Assembly (NCBI GenBank): GCA_964469495.1
Contig: CAYXYY010000030.1
Span: forward strand, 10,262 to 74,261
DNA length: 64,000 bases
From: an uncultured Planctomycetia bacterium
Lineage (GTDB): Bacteria > Omnitrophota > Gorgyraeia > S143-82
Direction of reading: 5' to 3'
Of this stretch, positions 39,775 through 49,968 are shown piece by piece; position 1 is the stretch's first letter; each line of letters begins with the position of its first letter. The position numbers and the translations under genes are program-made. The notes beneath the pieces were generated by a model, which saw only the letters and a program-made list of their open reading frames with translations, did not search any database and was not told the origin of the DNA.

Positions 39775-40746
39775 TCACTCCTGTTTCATCTTTTTGGAAA
39801 CCCACAACTGAAACATTGACACGCTCAACAACAACACCCCAAAGACTATACCTTGGGCGCATGCATATCCAAATCTGCCAGCGCCCTGCATAGACGCCAA
39901 AATCCTCGTTACAGGAACCTCAGTGTGATATGACGGGCCGCCATTTGTCGTCGCCGCAATAATGTCGTAAATCTGCATACTTCCCAAGATAGTCAGAATA
40001 GAGACCAAAATAAATACAGGTATCATCAACGGCACTGTAATGTATATAAACCTGTGCCATGCATTGGCGCCATCCACTCTTGCCGCCTCGTAAATCTGAT
40101 GTGGGATATTCTGCAGACCCGCCAATAATATAACGAATCCCCATCCAAATCCACGCCACATGTGCACAACTGCAACGGCATTTAAGGCCGTTGCGGGATT
40201 CGAAAGCCAGTCCCTAACCAAGTGCTGCATACCCATTTTTACCAATGCGAAATTTAAAATCCCGTCAGGATACCTGAAAATCCATTTCCAGATAAGACCG
40301 ATAACAATACCTGATAATACCGGGGGCAGATAGAATATAACCCTATACACATGGCCTCCCCTGATATCCTTTGCGCACATAAGGGCCAAAATCAAGGCCA
40401 CGCCATTTTGTATCGTCAATGCCAAGAACGTAATCCACGAGGCATTTAGCACAGACGCCCACCAAACCTTATCGTGCAATACTTCAATAAAGTTCTGCAT
40501 TCCGACAAAGGTCATGTGTTTTGAAAGCCCGTCCCATGCCATTGTGGAAAGCTGAAACACCTTAAAAAATGGATACAGGCCAAAGACAATAAACAATATA
40601 AACGCGGGAAGCACAAATAAATAGTTAGTCAAGATATTGGGATCCTTAAAGGACTTCTTTAAATATTCGAGATTTTCTTTTGCATCATTTATATACTTAC
40701 GTACAAGCGCATTTATCTTTTCATTGCTCTTATCTACAAATGCCAT
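39775..40746 (-). CDS. Carbohydrate ABC transporter permease (MalF-like)
   Basis: FVGMQNF, LAGLQNIP..IYEAARVDGA, ITVPL. Confidence 0.94.
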   Translation of the reverse strand: MAFVDKSNEKINALVRKYINDAKENLEYLKKSFKDPNILTNYLFVLPAFILFIVFGLYPFFKVFQLSTMAWDGLSKHMTFVGMQNFIEVLHDKVWWASVLNASWITFLALTIQNGVALILALMCAKDIRGGHVYRVIFYLPPVLSGIVIGLIWKWIFRYPDGILNFALVKMGMQHLVRDWLSNPATALNAVAVVHMWRGFGWGFVILLAGLQNIPHQIYEAARVDGANAWHRFIYITVPLMIPVFILVSILTILGSMQIYDIIAATTNGGPSYHTEVPVTRILASMQGAGRFGYACAQGIVFGVLLLSVSMFQLWVSKKMKQE

Positions 40747-40797
40747 TGCATTACGCTCCTTTTAATTATTGGCCATAAAAACACCTGCCAATAACAA

Positions 40798-42117
40798 TTA
40801 TTTCTGTTTTTCCATCTGTTTTTTCTTCAACTTATCCAGTTCTTCAGCAACCTGCTGAGGAGTCTTTTCCTGTATAATAATGGCCTGTAAGCCTTTACTA
40901 AACGCCTCTTGCACAACAGGATCTTCCTGAACAGGGAAGGTATCCGGATGATAAGCATACTTCATTGCCTCCAAAAAACCCTTAACCTTATCAGGGACAA
41001 GATCTATGCAATTCTTATTTGCCGGTATGTTTTTCGTTTCAATAGCCCATTCCTTTTGCTGTTCAGGCATTGTAAGCCACTTCAAAAACTCAACAGCCAA
41101 ATCCTTTTTTGAGGATTTCGCATTGACAACGAGTCTCGTGCCTGCCCCTCCCCAGATTCCAACTGGATTGGCATTCGACACCTTTGGGGGAAGCATAACC
41201 CCATAGTCAAGAGGTTTGGCAGCCTCTTTTGTCATTTCATCATAAACATTAACCGCCCAGGAACCATTAAACGCCAATGCAGCCCTTCCAAGGGAAAAAT
41301 TCAATTCTGCCTCTTTATTGGACAAAATAACTATACCACTTGCAAAAAGGCCCTTTTTAGCAAGTTGATCAAACAAAGAAAATACCTTTATCCAATCCGG
41401 ATCCGTATAAGAAACCTCTCCTCTGTAAGTCGCCAGCATCTTGTTTTCACCCATAATATTCCAGGCAAAATTAGATGCAAGACAACTGGCAAGCCACGGC
41501 TCACCAAATCCGCTTATAAGATAATCAACACCTGTTGCCTTTACCTTTTCTCCGGCTTTCACAAACTCTTCCCACGTAACAGGCGGATTGTCAGGATCAA
41601 TGCCCGCCTTTTTAAATATATCCTTATTATAGATAAACTGGATAGTGACCACGTCCAACGGCACCTCATAAATGCCGGCAGGAACCTTGAACTCATTGCC
41701 TTCGGAAAAAGAAACGGAATTAATCGCCTGCCTAAAAAACTGTTTTTTCCACTCGGAATCGTTCTTTTTCATTTCAGCTGACAATGGCATTACATGTCCG
41801 GACTTTATAAAATTGGCCTTATCTCTTTTACTTCCCAAAATACCATAGATCTCCGGCAAGGTATCCGTTTGAGCAGATGCCATAATCTTTTGTTTATATG
41901 CCTCGGAAGGAGAAAAAAGCTCCATCTTTACGTATATGCCTGTTTTTTCATAGTATTTTTTGGAAAGTTTTTCTAAAACATCTTGCCTGTCGGAGAGCCA
42001 GTGCCACATGGTAAGTTGTTTTTCAGGCGGGACATCTATCTTATCCTTTTTTACAGCGCACCCTGAAATCAAAACCGCTGCGAAAATACCTATCATCAAT
42101 CCCATTATTCGGCGCAT
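40798..42117 (-). CDS. Sugar ABC transporter substrate-binding lipoprotein
   Basis: Lipobox ISGC; YNKDIFKKAG..PP.TWEE, F..G.AA...GSW, AVEFLKWL. Confidence 0.93.
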   Translation of the reverse strand: MRRIMGLMIGIFAAVLISGCAVKKDKIDVPPEKQLTMWHWLSDRQDVLEKLSKKYYEKTGIYVKMELFSPSEAYKQKIMASAQTDTLPEIYGILGSKRDKANFIKSGHVMPLSAEMKKNDSEWKKQFFRQAINSVSFSEGNEFKVPAGIYEVPLDVVTIQFIYNKDIFKKAGIDPDNPPVTWEEFVKAGEKVKATGVDYLISGFGEPWLASCLASNFAWNIMGENKMLATYRGEVSYTDPDWIKVFSLFDQLAKKGLFASGIVILSNKEAELNFSLGRAALAFNGSWAVNVYDEMTKEAAKPLDYGVMLPPKVSNANPVGIWGGAGTRLVVNAKSSKKDLAVEFLKWLTMPEQQKEWAIETKNIPANKNCIDLVPDKVKGFLEAMKYAYHPDTFPVQEDPVVQEAFSKGLQAIIIQEKTPQQVAEELDKLKKKQMEKQK

Positions 42118-42174
42118 AATGCCTCCTTTGTGCTAACATGCGGATTAATAATTTACCAAGTCAACGCCAGTCTG

Positions 42175-44052
42175 TCAAGCAGTCGCCAAATTAAAAGGCG
42201 AAACCTCTTTTCCCTTTTCCTCCATAAAAGTCTTTAGGCGTTTTTCTTGTTCATCAAATGCCTCGAATACAATATCCGGTGTTTTATTTTCTTTGTCAGA
42301 ATATATTCCCCTCATTCTATCCAATTTAGCCAGCCAATTTTCCACGTTGATGGTAAATTGCCGCTCATAATCCTTTTCAGTATAATCTATATTCAGAACC
42401 TTCGCAAAAAGCGATTTCAAGTCTTCGTACAATGGAATCATACCAATAGGGGTTTCTATTGCCCCTGCCTCATCATACACCCTTTTCTCCATCCACTTCA
42501 GCCACACGCGTTTATGGTGCATACCGGTCAGATATTTTCCGTCTTTTTTCTGGAAATAGTTCACGCCAAAGACCTTTGGGACGTCATTTACATCCTTAAC
42601 GAACTCCAAGTAATTTGCAATATACACGCCTATGGGTATAGACAAGAAGTCAAGATTTGCCATAGGGTTAAACTTCCGCACACCCTGCTTGCCCAAAGTC
42701 GCTGCTGTTGTCTCTGATTCCAGACAAGAGGCCATTGTAATAATCCCATGCGCCCAATCAAAGCTCTCAAACACAGGCACCCAAGTATCAGAATCCCTTC
42801 CACCAAAAATAAGTCCGCTGAGTTTAACGCCTTCAGGGTTTTCAAGCAGTTCATTATCACAATTCTTTAAATAAGAAAGTCTGATGGTATATCTTGCATT
42901 CGGATGAGAATAAGGGATCTCATTACCGGCATCATCTTTCTTGCCCTTGCGCCAGTGCCCGGCAAAGTTCTCTCCCTCTTCAGGAATCGGCCGACCATCA
43001 CCCTGCCAATAAGGCTGCCCATTGTTTATCAATACGTTTGAAAATATAACCTCGCGAGGAGAAGTCAACACGTCCCAAATCACAGGGTCGTCCTTTGGGT
43101 TTACGTCTTTAATAATACCGAAAATGCCCCTCTCTACGTTAACGGCATACACCGACCCGTTCTTTTTTCTCAAATAAGATATATCATCGCCTAAAACCGT
43201 CTCGCCCTCAACCATACACGTTGACGTCTTTCCGCAAGCGCTGGGAAAAGCGCCGGAAAAGAATGTCCTCCTCTGTTTGTCTTTATTATTGACCGCCATA
43301 AGAAACATATGCTCTGCAAGCCATCCCTCTCTGCTAGCCTTGTTTATAGCAAGGCGCAAGGCCAGTTTCTTCATTCCCACAGTATTTCCGGCGTACTGAG
43401 AATTAGCAGTATATACAATTTCATCTTCCAAATCTATATAAACCCTTCTCTTATCTATGTCCACGCTATTGCCTCTATCATCTAACCTTCCAGCTGAATG
43501 GACAAATCTAAAAAATTTCAAAGAATCCTGCTGCTTAATTGCATCATATGCCGGCCTATACAAGATATCCTCCGAATGGGCAACATAAGCGGAATCCGTA
43601 ATCTGCACTGCATATAAGGAGAAATCACCTCCAACAGGCCCGAGTCCTAAAAACAGGACATACATCTCTTTGCCTTTCATAGAATCCTTAAGCAAACCGC
43701 AAATCTCTTTTACGCCTTCCTCTTTATCAATAACATTCAGGGACTTTGGCAAATCCATATTCGGAGAAACCAAAAATTTTGTGTTAGCCTTATCCCTTGC
43801 CTGATCCTTTGGCCCATCAAAATGCACAGTATGGCCTTCTGTTTTTAATGGCCTCTCTTCTTTATTGGCAATGGCTTTGTTTCGAATATATTCAATATCC
43901 TCTTTAGAGTCAGTTCTGACAAAAATAGAATCAGGATTACACAGCAAAGCAACTTCATCGATAAAATCCAGAATACGCTTATCCTTTACTCCATTCAATG
44001 CCTGAAAACTTTTTTCAGAACACAGTCTTTGCAAGATCGTATAGCCTGCCAT
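42175..44052 (-). CDS. pckG: Phosphoenolpyruvate carboxykinase (GTP)
   Basis: YAGN, WLAEHM, FPSACGKTS, GDDI, HPNARY, FGGRD, FNPMA. Confidence 0.95.
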   Translation of the reverse strand: MAGYTILQRLCSEKSFQALNGVKDKRILDFIDEVALLCNPDSIFVRTDSKEDIEYIRNKAIANKEERPLKTEGHTVHFDGPKDQARDKANTKFLVSPNMDLPKSLNVIDKEEGVKEICGLLKDSMKGKEMYVLFLGLGPVGGDFSLYAVQITDSAYVAHSEDILYRPAYDAIKQQDSLKFFRFVHSAGRLDDRGNSVDIDKRRVYIDLEDEIVYTANSQYAGNTVGMKKLALRLAINKASREGWLAEHMFLMAVNNKDKQRRTFFSGAFPSACGKTSTCMVEGETVLGDDISYLRKKNGSVYAVNVERGIFGIIKDVNPKDDPVIWDVLTSPREVIFSNVLINNGQPYWQGDGRPIPEEGENFAGHWRKGKKDDAGNEIPYSHPNARYTIRLSYLKNCDNELLENPEGVKLSGLIFGGRDSDTWVPVFESFDWAHGIITMASCLESETTAATLGKQGVRKFNPMANLDFLSIPIGVYIANYLEFVKDVNDVPKVFGVNYFQKKDGKYLTGMHHKRVWLKWMEKRVYDEAGAIETPIGMIPLYEDLKSLFAKVLNIDYTEKDYERQFTINVENWLAKLDRMRGIYSDKENKTPDIVFEAFDEQEKRLKTFMEEKGKEVSPFNLATA

Positions 44053-44139
44053 AATAAACCTCCTTCATCTAAAAAGCGACATCATCAGATGCTGATAGAA
44101 CCTTTATTTTACATAAAAAACTTAGAAATGCAAAGGGTT

Positions 44140-45684
44140 TTATCTCTGTTTATTCATGGCAAACAATCGCCTTATAAAATCATCTGCCATAAACTTGATA
44201 AATCTATATGTATCCCTTACTGGATTAATATGGCTTTTTGCATCCTCGTGATAAATGCTTTTAACCGGCACAGATAGAATATCCCATTTTTTATCACGCA
44301 CCCGCAATATTATATCTGTTTCTATTTCATACTTATCCCCTGAAAGCGCATCGGGATTAATAGCCGACAGCCTTACCAAACGAAAGCCACACTGCGTATC
44401 TTCTATCCATTTCCCAACATAAAGGGATATAATCAAGGACATAATCCTGTTCGTAAAAAGGCGAATAATCGGCATATCTTGCGGATTGCGCAATCTTGAA
44501 CCGCATACCATACCAACGTTTTCAAAAGCGCACTCCAAAAACTTATCTATATCTTCGCTAACGTGCTGGCCGTCGGCATCCATAAGCAATGCCCATTTAA
44601 ATCCCTTGCGTTTGGCGTATCCCAGCCCCTCTTTTATTGCAACACCCTTGCCTTCATTGCACGAAAAAGACACCACGTCTATCCAAGGATAACCCGCAAG
44701 AACCTCCATAGTATTGTCGGTAGATCCGTCGTTGATAACTATTATATGGTAATTCAACGGCCTAAGCTCGCCCAGGACCCTGCCTATTATCTTTGCCTCA
44801 TTATACGCAGGAATAATAATACAAAGTTCTTTCGCATCTATCTGCTCCGGGGCTTCGTTTATATGCCCAAACATATACCATTGGCCGTAATATTTACTAA
44901 CACACCCCTCTATTGCCCTTGCGCAAAGCTGATGAACCTGTTCTCTGCTTTTCCCTTCAGGATAAATAGGGGCAGATATATTCAGCGTATAGGTACCGTC
45001 TTGGTTTCTTACGGAAAAAGTCGGCACAATGGGGCAATTCTTTCTAACGGCAAACGTTGCCGGGCCGGCAGGCATAAGTATCCTCCTTCCGAAAAATTCA
45101 GCTGGCAAAACCGCCCTTTTGCCTGAAAAATCCCAATCCCCAACCAATGCAAGGCACTTATCCCCGTTCAAAACCCTCAGGCATTTTGATACAGAACCCG
45201 TGGGTATTATCTTTAAATTATGAGCAAGCCTGCCTTGGTCAAAAAAATCATTGATGCGGCCATCCTTATGGGGCAAGGCAATGGCATACATATCATAACC
45301 GGCCTCTCCCAACCGCATCCCGCCAGCCTCCCAATTGCCTATATGAGCCGTAAGCAGGATAACGCCCCTGCCCTTTAAAACGGCCTCTTTCAAAAAAGCC
45401 TCATTGTCTATATCCACCCTCTTCATCAGGGCGGTTTTGTCAACGGAAAACCAGATAAAATCCGCCCAATATTTTACGAACTCACACAACACCTTTCTTC
45501 CGTCCCAAAATGCCCGCCAATACCTAAAATCCTCGCCTTGGGCAAGGCGGAAATTTCTAACAATCCGCTTTTGGTCTGCAGGGGATAAAAAGTATTTTAT
45601 GCTTGCAAAAAAACATAATACCGCCTTGCTTTGAGATGGAAATCTCGGGATTAAAAACCTTGCTATTCTATAAACCCACCACAT
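44140..45684 (-). CDS. Fusion of an LpxL/PatA-like acyltransferase and a GT2 glycosyltransferase
   Basis: N-domain TAHIGNWE, LVGDWD, FFG..PAGPA, QWYMF; C-domain IIPAYNE, VINDGSTD, GKG, MDADGQH, DTQCGFR. Confidence 0.88.
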   Translation of the reverse strand: MWWVYRIARFLIPRFPSQSKAVLCFFASIKYFLSPADQKRIVRNFRLAQGEDFRYWRAFWDGRKVLCEFVKYWADFIWFSVDKTALMKRVDIDNEAFLKEAVLKGRGVILLTAHIGNWEAGGMRLGEAGYDMYAIALPHKDGRINDFFDQGRLAHNLKIIPTGSVSKCLRVLNGDKCLALVGDWDFSGKRAVLPAEFFGRRILMPAGPATFAVRKNCPIVPTFSVRNQDGTYTLNISAPIYPEGKSREQVHQLCARAIEGCVSKYYGQWYMFGHINEAPEQIDAKELCIIIPAYNEAKIIGRVLGELRPLNYHIIVINDGSTDNTMEVLAGYPWIDVVSFSCNEGKGVAIKEGLGYAKRKGFKWALLMDADGQHVSEDIDKFLECAFENVGMVCGSRLRNPQDMPIIRLFTNRIMSLIISLYVGKWIEDTQCGFRLVRLSAINPDALSGDKYEIETDIILRVRDKKWDILSVPVKSIYHEDAKSHINPVRDTYRFIKFMADDFIRRLFAMNKQR

Positions 45685-45685
45685 A

Positions 45686-46798
45686 TCAAATCTCTAATAC
45701 AAGATGGGCAAGCCCCAGAGAAGAGTTAGGCCTTGCCAGCCTCAAGGCATTGGTATGCAGTTTTTGCCATACTTTTTTATCTTTAAGAATCCTATCCAAC
45801 CGCCTCGCGGCCTCCTTGCCGTCTTCCGCGCGCAAGGCAATCCTGTGTTTTAATAAAAACCTCAGATTATTATATTCCTGCCCGGGAAGGGAATTCATTA
45901 TTATCATAGGCAGGCCCTTGGCCATTGCCTCTGAAACGGTAAGGCCTCCCGCCTTTGTGATAATCACATCCGATGCCTCCATCAACTCGTCAACATTATC
46001 CACGTATGCAAAATTTATCATTGTATGCCGCAATTTCGGCCTTAACCTCTGCAAGGACTTATATAAGCGTTTGTTCGTCCCGCAGATACTGATTATGGCA
46101 AAACGCCTTTCCAGCTTGTCTATCTCCTTTACCACCTTTTTAAAAGGGCCAATACCTTGCCCGCCGCCCATAATCAAGACAACCGGCATATCATCCGGAA
46201 CGCGGAGCTGTCTCTTTATCTTTTGTTTTGCTTTCGGTATTGCAAACCTGGGATCTATCGGTATGCCCAAAACCTTTATCTTGTCTGGATCCACTCCCTT
46301 TTTGAGCATCCTTTCGCGCACATCGTCGGATGCCACCACAAAGAAATCCACTTCAGGAGATATCCAAAAAGAATGAGGCGCATAATCGGTAAGCACGGCA
46401 AACAATTTAAACTGATGGCCGCTCTGCCTCTTATAAGACGACAATATCTCGCAAGGAAATGCCTGCGTAGTTATCACCACATCGGGATTGTGTTTTTTCA
46501 TCAAGCTATGAACCTTTTTCTCAACTTGCTTATATACGAATTTCCTAATCCTTGACGTTGACCTAATGACTCTCGGATTGTCGTACATAACCTGCCATAT
46601 GATAGGCGCTGTTTTTATCACTCCCATATACATACTATTGACAACCTTCTCTATGATAGGAAACACATAATTGAAGAAGTTCATACTAATCATTTCCGTC
46701 TTGGGAGCTAACGATAAAATCGCCTTTTCTATGGCCATTGCCGCGCTCTTATGCCCGGATATATTGGATATGTACAATATCATCACCTTTTTATTCAT
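45686..46798 (-). CDS. MGDG-synthase / UgtP-like GT28 glycosyltransferase
   Basis: SGHKSAA.AI, VLTDY..H..W, GIPI, MGGGQG, ITKAGGLT.SEA, PGQE..N. Confidence 0.9.
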   Translation of the reverse strand: MNKKVMILYISNISGHKSAAMAIEKAILSLAPKTEMISMNFFNYVFPIIEKVVNSMYMGVIKTAPIIWQVMYDNPRVIRSTSRIRKFVYKQVEKKVHSLMKKHNPDVVITTQAFPCEILSSYKRQSGHQFKLFAVLTDYAPHSFWISPEVDFFVVASDDVRERMLKKGVDPDKIKVLGIPIDPRFAIPKAKQKIKRQLRVPDDMPVVLIMGGGQGIGPFKKVVKEIDKLERRFAIISICGTNKRLYKSLQRLRPKLRHTMINFAYVDNVDELMEASDVIITKAGGLTVSEAMAKGLPMIIMNSLPGQEYNNLRFLLKHRIALRAEDGKEAARRLDRILKDKKVWQKLHTNALRLARPNSSLGLAHLVLEI

Positions 46799-47033
46799 CT
46801 TTATCTCCTACAATCTCCGCCAGGACCATATCCTCGCCCAATTTCTCGCCTTGTTTTTTCAAAATTTCTTTTACCGTTCCATCAACAGGGCTGGGCACCA
46901 CAAACGAGGCCTTATCCGTAACCAATTCAACAAGGTCCTGCCCCTGCTTGACAAAACCACCTTCCTTTACCAGCCATTCCACAATGACCGCATTTTTGAA
47001 ATCATCGCCTATATCGGGAATCCTTACAAACAT
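46791..47033 (-). CDS. Stand-alone lipoyl-carrier domain (80 aa)
   Basis: MFVRIPDIG..VEWLVKEG..ELVTDKA..VPSPVDG; DKA lipoyl-lysine. Confidence 0.88.
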   Translation of the reverse strand: MFVRIPDIGDDFKNAVIVEWLVKEGGFVKQGQDLVELVTDKASFVVPSPVDGTVKEILKKQGEKLGEDMVLAEIVGDKDE

Positions 47034-47629
47034 AGCCCCTCCAAAACTATTATCAAATTCCTTTGCAGGGCTTTTACCAAATCGTCCCTGCTGACTTTGA
47101 CATTGGCAAACACGCCATCCTCGCCGCAAGGGTATACGCGCTCATTTACACTATCGTCCAATTTATACGTAATGCCGGCGCCAAACCTCGTAATCCAATG
47201 CCTAACCCCTACACCAAAAGAGGCCACCTTTCCCATTCCAATCCAAAGCCCCCTGTTGCGCCGTTCAATCCCTCTTATGTTCATATCAAACAGTGAAGAA
47301 TAAACGACGTCTTCCAATAATTGCATCCATTCCTTGATGCCAAGGCCTATGGCCTTTAGATTCATTATAACATAGAACATCAACTGCCCGGGGAAATGAG
47401 CGGTTATGCTCCCTCCCCTATTTACTTTTATAAGTTCAACGTCCGAGCCATCTTCCCTAAACAGTCTGCCAACAGGCAGTTTCCCCACAGTAAAAACCAT
47501 TGGATGTTCCGCAAATATAACAACGGCCTTCTGGCCGCCTGTTATATCCGGATTTGATGCAATCTCCTCCTGCCTTTTCAAAAACTCCTTATAATCTATC
47601 AACCCCAAGTCTATCTTTTCAAGAAACAT
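47024..47629 (-). CDS. lipB: Octanoyltransferase LipB
   Basis: EHPMVFTVGK, RGGSITAH.PGQL, KVASFG, PCG. Confidence 0.85.
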   Translation of the reverse strand: MFLEKIDLGLIDYKEFLKRQEEIASNPDITGGQKAVVIFAEHPMVFTVGKLPVGRLFREDGSDVELIKVNRGGSITAHFPGQLMFYVIMNLKAIGLGIKEWMQLLEDVVYSSLFDMNIRGIERRNRGLWIGMGKVASFGVGVRHWITRFGAGITYKLDDSVNERVYPCGEDGVFANVKVSRDDLVKALQRNLIIVLEGLCL

Positions 47630-47640
47630 AATAAGGCCTA

Positions 47641-48303
47641 TTATATAATCTCAAAAGCAGACCTCAAAGATTTTATTGCCTTTACTCTATCTTCCGCGCG
47701 GAAGATAAAACTGCCGGCAACCAATATATCAACTCCGGCTTTGGCAGTTAAACGCGCGCTCTCGGCATTAATACCGCCGTCCACAGAAATCATCCCCTCA
47801 AACACCTTTCTAATCTCCCTTATCTTCTCAACAGCAACCGGCATAAACTCCTGCCCGCCAAATCCCGGCTCAACAGACATCACCAAAATCATGTCCAAGT
47901 CAGATAAAAATGGCATAAGTTCTGCAACCTCTGTTGCCGGTTTTATTGACAGGCCAGCCTTTGCACCTTTGCTCTTCACAATAGAAATAAACTCCTTTAC
48001 TTCATCTTGGCTTGAAAACGCCTCTATGTGCGCGGTCAAAAATCGCGCGCCTGCGTCCAAAAACGCATTTGCATATCTATTGGGATTCTCTATCATCAAG
48101 TGTACGTCCAAAGGAACATCTGTTATCTTATTTATGGCCTTGACAATAAAAGGGCCTATGGTGATATTCGGCACAAAATGCCCGTCCATAACATCTACGT
48201 GCCACAGGTCTGCCAAAGGCTCCACGTCTGCAATATCCTTGAAAAGGCACGAGAAATCCGCTGAAAGCAAAGAAGGCGCAATAAGGCCCTTATTCAACTC
48301 CAT
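47641..48303 (-). CDS. rpe: Ribulose-phosphate 3-epimerase
   Basis: APSLLSADF, HVDVMDGHFVPN, DVHLM, MSVEPGFGGQ, VDGG. Confidence 0.97.
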   Translation of the reverse strand: MELNKGLIAPSLLSADFSCLFKDIADVEPLADLWHVDVMDGHFVPNITIGPFIVKAINKITDVPLDVHLMIENPNRYANAFLDAGARFLTAHIEAFSSQDEVKEFISIVKSKGAKAGLSIKPATEVAELMPFLSDLDMILVMSVEPGFGGQEFMPVAVEKIREIRKVFEGMISVDGGINAESARLTAKAGVDILVAGSFIFRAEDRVKAIKSLRSAFEII

Positions 48304-49264
48304 CCAACAGCTCCTTTACCCTTGACAACAACTCATCCAAACCAAACCCTGTCTTTGCGCTGGCAATCACAACAGGGACGTCCTTTCCAAAATCCGCAAC
48401 ACACCTTTTTATCTTTCCTATATTATCCACAAGATCTGCCTTATTTAAAACAACTATTTGCCTCTTTTTGAGTATATCAGGATTATAAAGCCTCATCTCC
48501 TCATTTATCTTGGAAAATCTATTTAACAATTCCGCGCAGTCATCAATATCGGAAACGTCAATAACATGCAGGAGCATCCTTGCCCGTTCTATGTGCTTTA
48601 AGAACTTATCCCCTAAACCCCTGCCTTTGTGCGCGCCCTCAATAAGTCCGGGCATATCCGCTATTACTATCTCAAGATCAGGCAACGCCCCTATGACCGG
48701 GTTTTTTGTCGTAAAGTGATATTCCGCTGTCTTTGCGCCAGCGCCTGTCAGCGCATTAAGCAGGCTTGATTTACCCACACTTGGAAATCCTACAATCCCC
48801 ACATCGGATATATACTTGAGCTCCAGTATAAGTTCCCGCTCTTCCCCGGGCTTTGGAGGGACGACCTCTTTATCCTTTGTATAAGCATTGCCCACGCCGC
48901 CTCTGCCACCCTTTGCAACAACAACGGAATCACCAGGCTTATCAAGAGATTTCAATACCTTCCCGGAGAATGCATCTTTGACTATCGTTCCCGGCGGGAC
49001 ATTTAAAACAAGCGGGTCTCTATCCTTGCCACGTTTTCTGCTGCTACTGCCGTGCCCGCCGCGTTTTCCCTTGAAATGTTGTCTAAAATGGAAGGCCCGC
49101 AAGGTATTTAAGGATTCGTCGGCCTCAACGATTATATCAGAGCCGTCTCCCCCGCAACCGCCATCGGCCCGAGGAAACCGCATACGCCTGTTCTTGAAAA
49201 AACTGCGACAGCCCTTTCCGCCATCGCCGGCCTTGACCCAGACCTTGACAAAATCAATAGCCAT
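48290..49264 (-). CDS. obgE: GTPase ObgE/CgtA
   Basis: AGDGGKG Gly-rich Obg fold, GFPSVGKSS, YHFTT, ADMPGLIEGA, NKAD. Confidence 0.96.
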   Translation of the reverse strand: MAIDFVKVWVKAGDGGKGCRSFFKNRRMRFPRADGGCGGDGSDIIVEADESLNTLRAFHFRQHFKGKRGGHGSSSRKRGKDRDPLVLNVPPGTIVKDAFSGKVLKSLDKPGDSVVVAKGGRGGVGNAYTKDKEVVPPKPGEERELILELKYISDVGIVGFPSVGKSSLLNALTGAGAKTAEYHFTTKNPVIGALPDLEIVIADMPGLIEGAHKGRGLGDKFLKHIERARMLLHVIDVSDIDDCAELLNRFSKINEEMRLYNPDILKKRQIVVLNKADLVDNIGKIKRCVADFGKDVPVVIASAKTGFGLDELLSRVKELLDGVE

Positions 49265-49273
49265 TACCGAGTA

Positions 49274-49519
49274 TTAAGCCGCAGGCTCAATAGAAACTAT
49301 TCTAGGCTTTGGGAAAGAAACTCGCCCGTCAGTCAAAGCAAATAACGTATAATCCCTTCCCATTCCAACGTTTTTGCCGGGTTTAAACTTCGTGCCTCTC
49401 TGCCTGACAATAATTGTCCCGGCCTTAACTGCTTGGCCTGCAAAACGTTTTAACCCTAAAAACTTAGGCTTACTATCGCGGCCGTTTTTGGAGCTGCCCA
49501 TTCCTTTTTTATGCGCCAT
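49274..49519 (-). CDS. rpmA: 50S ribosomal protein L27
   Basis: [32 protein letters not shown]. Confidence 0.98.
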   Translation of the reverse strand: MAHKKGMGSSKNGRDSKPKFLGLKRFAGQAVKAGTIIVRQRGTKFKPGKNVGMGRDYTLFALTDGRVSFPKPRIVSIEPAA

Positions 49520-49561
49520 AGCAAATCACCTCTCTATTAATTGATATAGGCTATACATATA

Positions 49562-49873
49562 TTATTTTGAAATCGCGCTTATCTTTACCTTGGTGATGGG
49601 CTGACGGTGGCCTCTCTTAACGCGATACTTATGCCTTCTCCTAAACTTAAAAATAACAACCTTCTTGCCCTTTTTCTGTTCCTCAACAGAGGCCTTTACC
49701 TGCGCGCCTTCTATATAAGGATTTCCAACGTAAATCTTCTCTCCGTCGGAATACATCAAAACCTTGTCAAAGACTACCTCTTTGCCTTCTTCCGCGCTTA
49801 TCTTTTCTATCTCAAGAACGCTGTCTTCCTCCACTTTATACTGCTTTCCACCCCATTCTATTACTGCATACAT
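49562..49873 (-). CDS. rplU: 50S ribosomal protein L21
   Basis: MYAVI..GGKQYKV, GHRQ. Confidence 0.98.
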   Translation of the reverse strand: MYAVIEWGGKQYKVEEDSVLEIEKISAEEGKEVVFDKVLMYSDGEKIYVGNPYIEGAQVKASVEEQKKGKKVVIFKFRRRHKYRVKRGHRQPITKVKISAISK

Positions 49874-49968
49874 AATCCTACCTCCTAACGTGCCTTCACA
49901 AAATCTCTATTATAGAAAGTTTACTTTATACACCAATTTTTAAACAATTGCAATGAAAATTTATCACA

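Noticed and set aside
48290-49873. Short ObgE without C-terminal domain; rplU-rpmA without prp
   Set aside because: Common, well-known configurations
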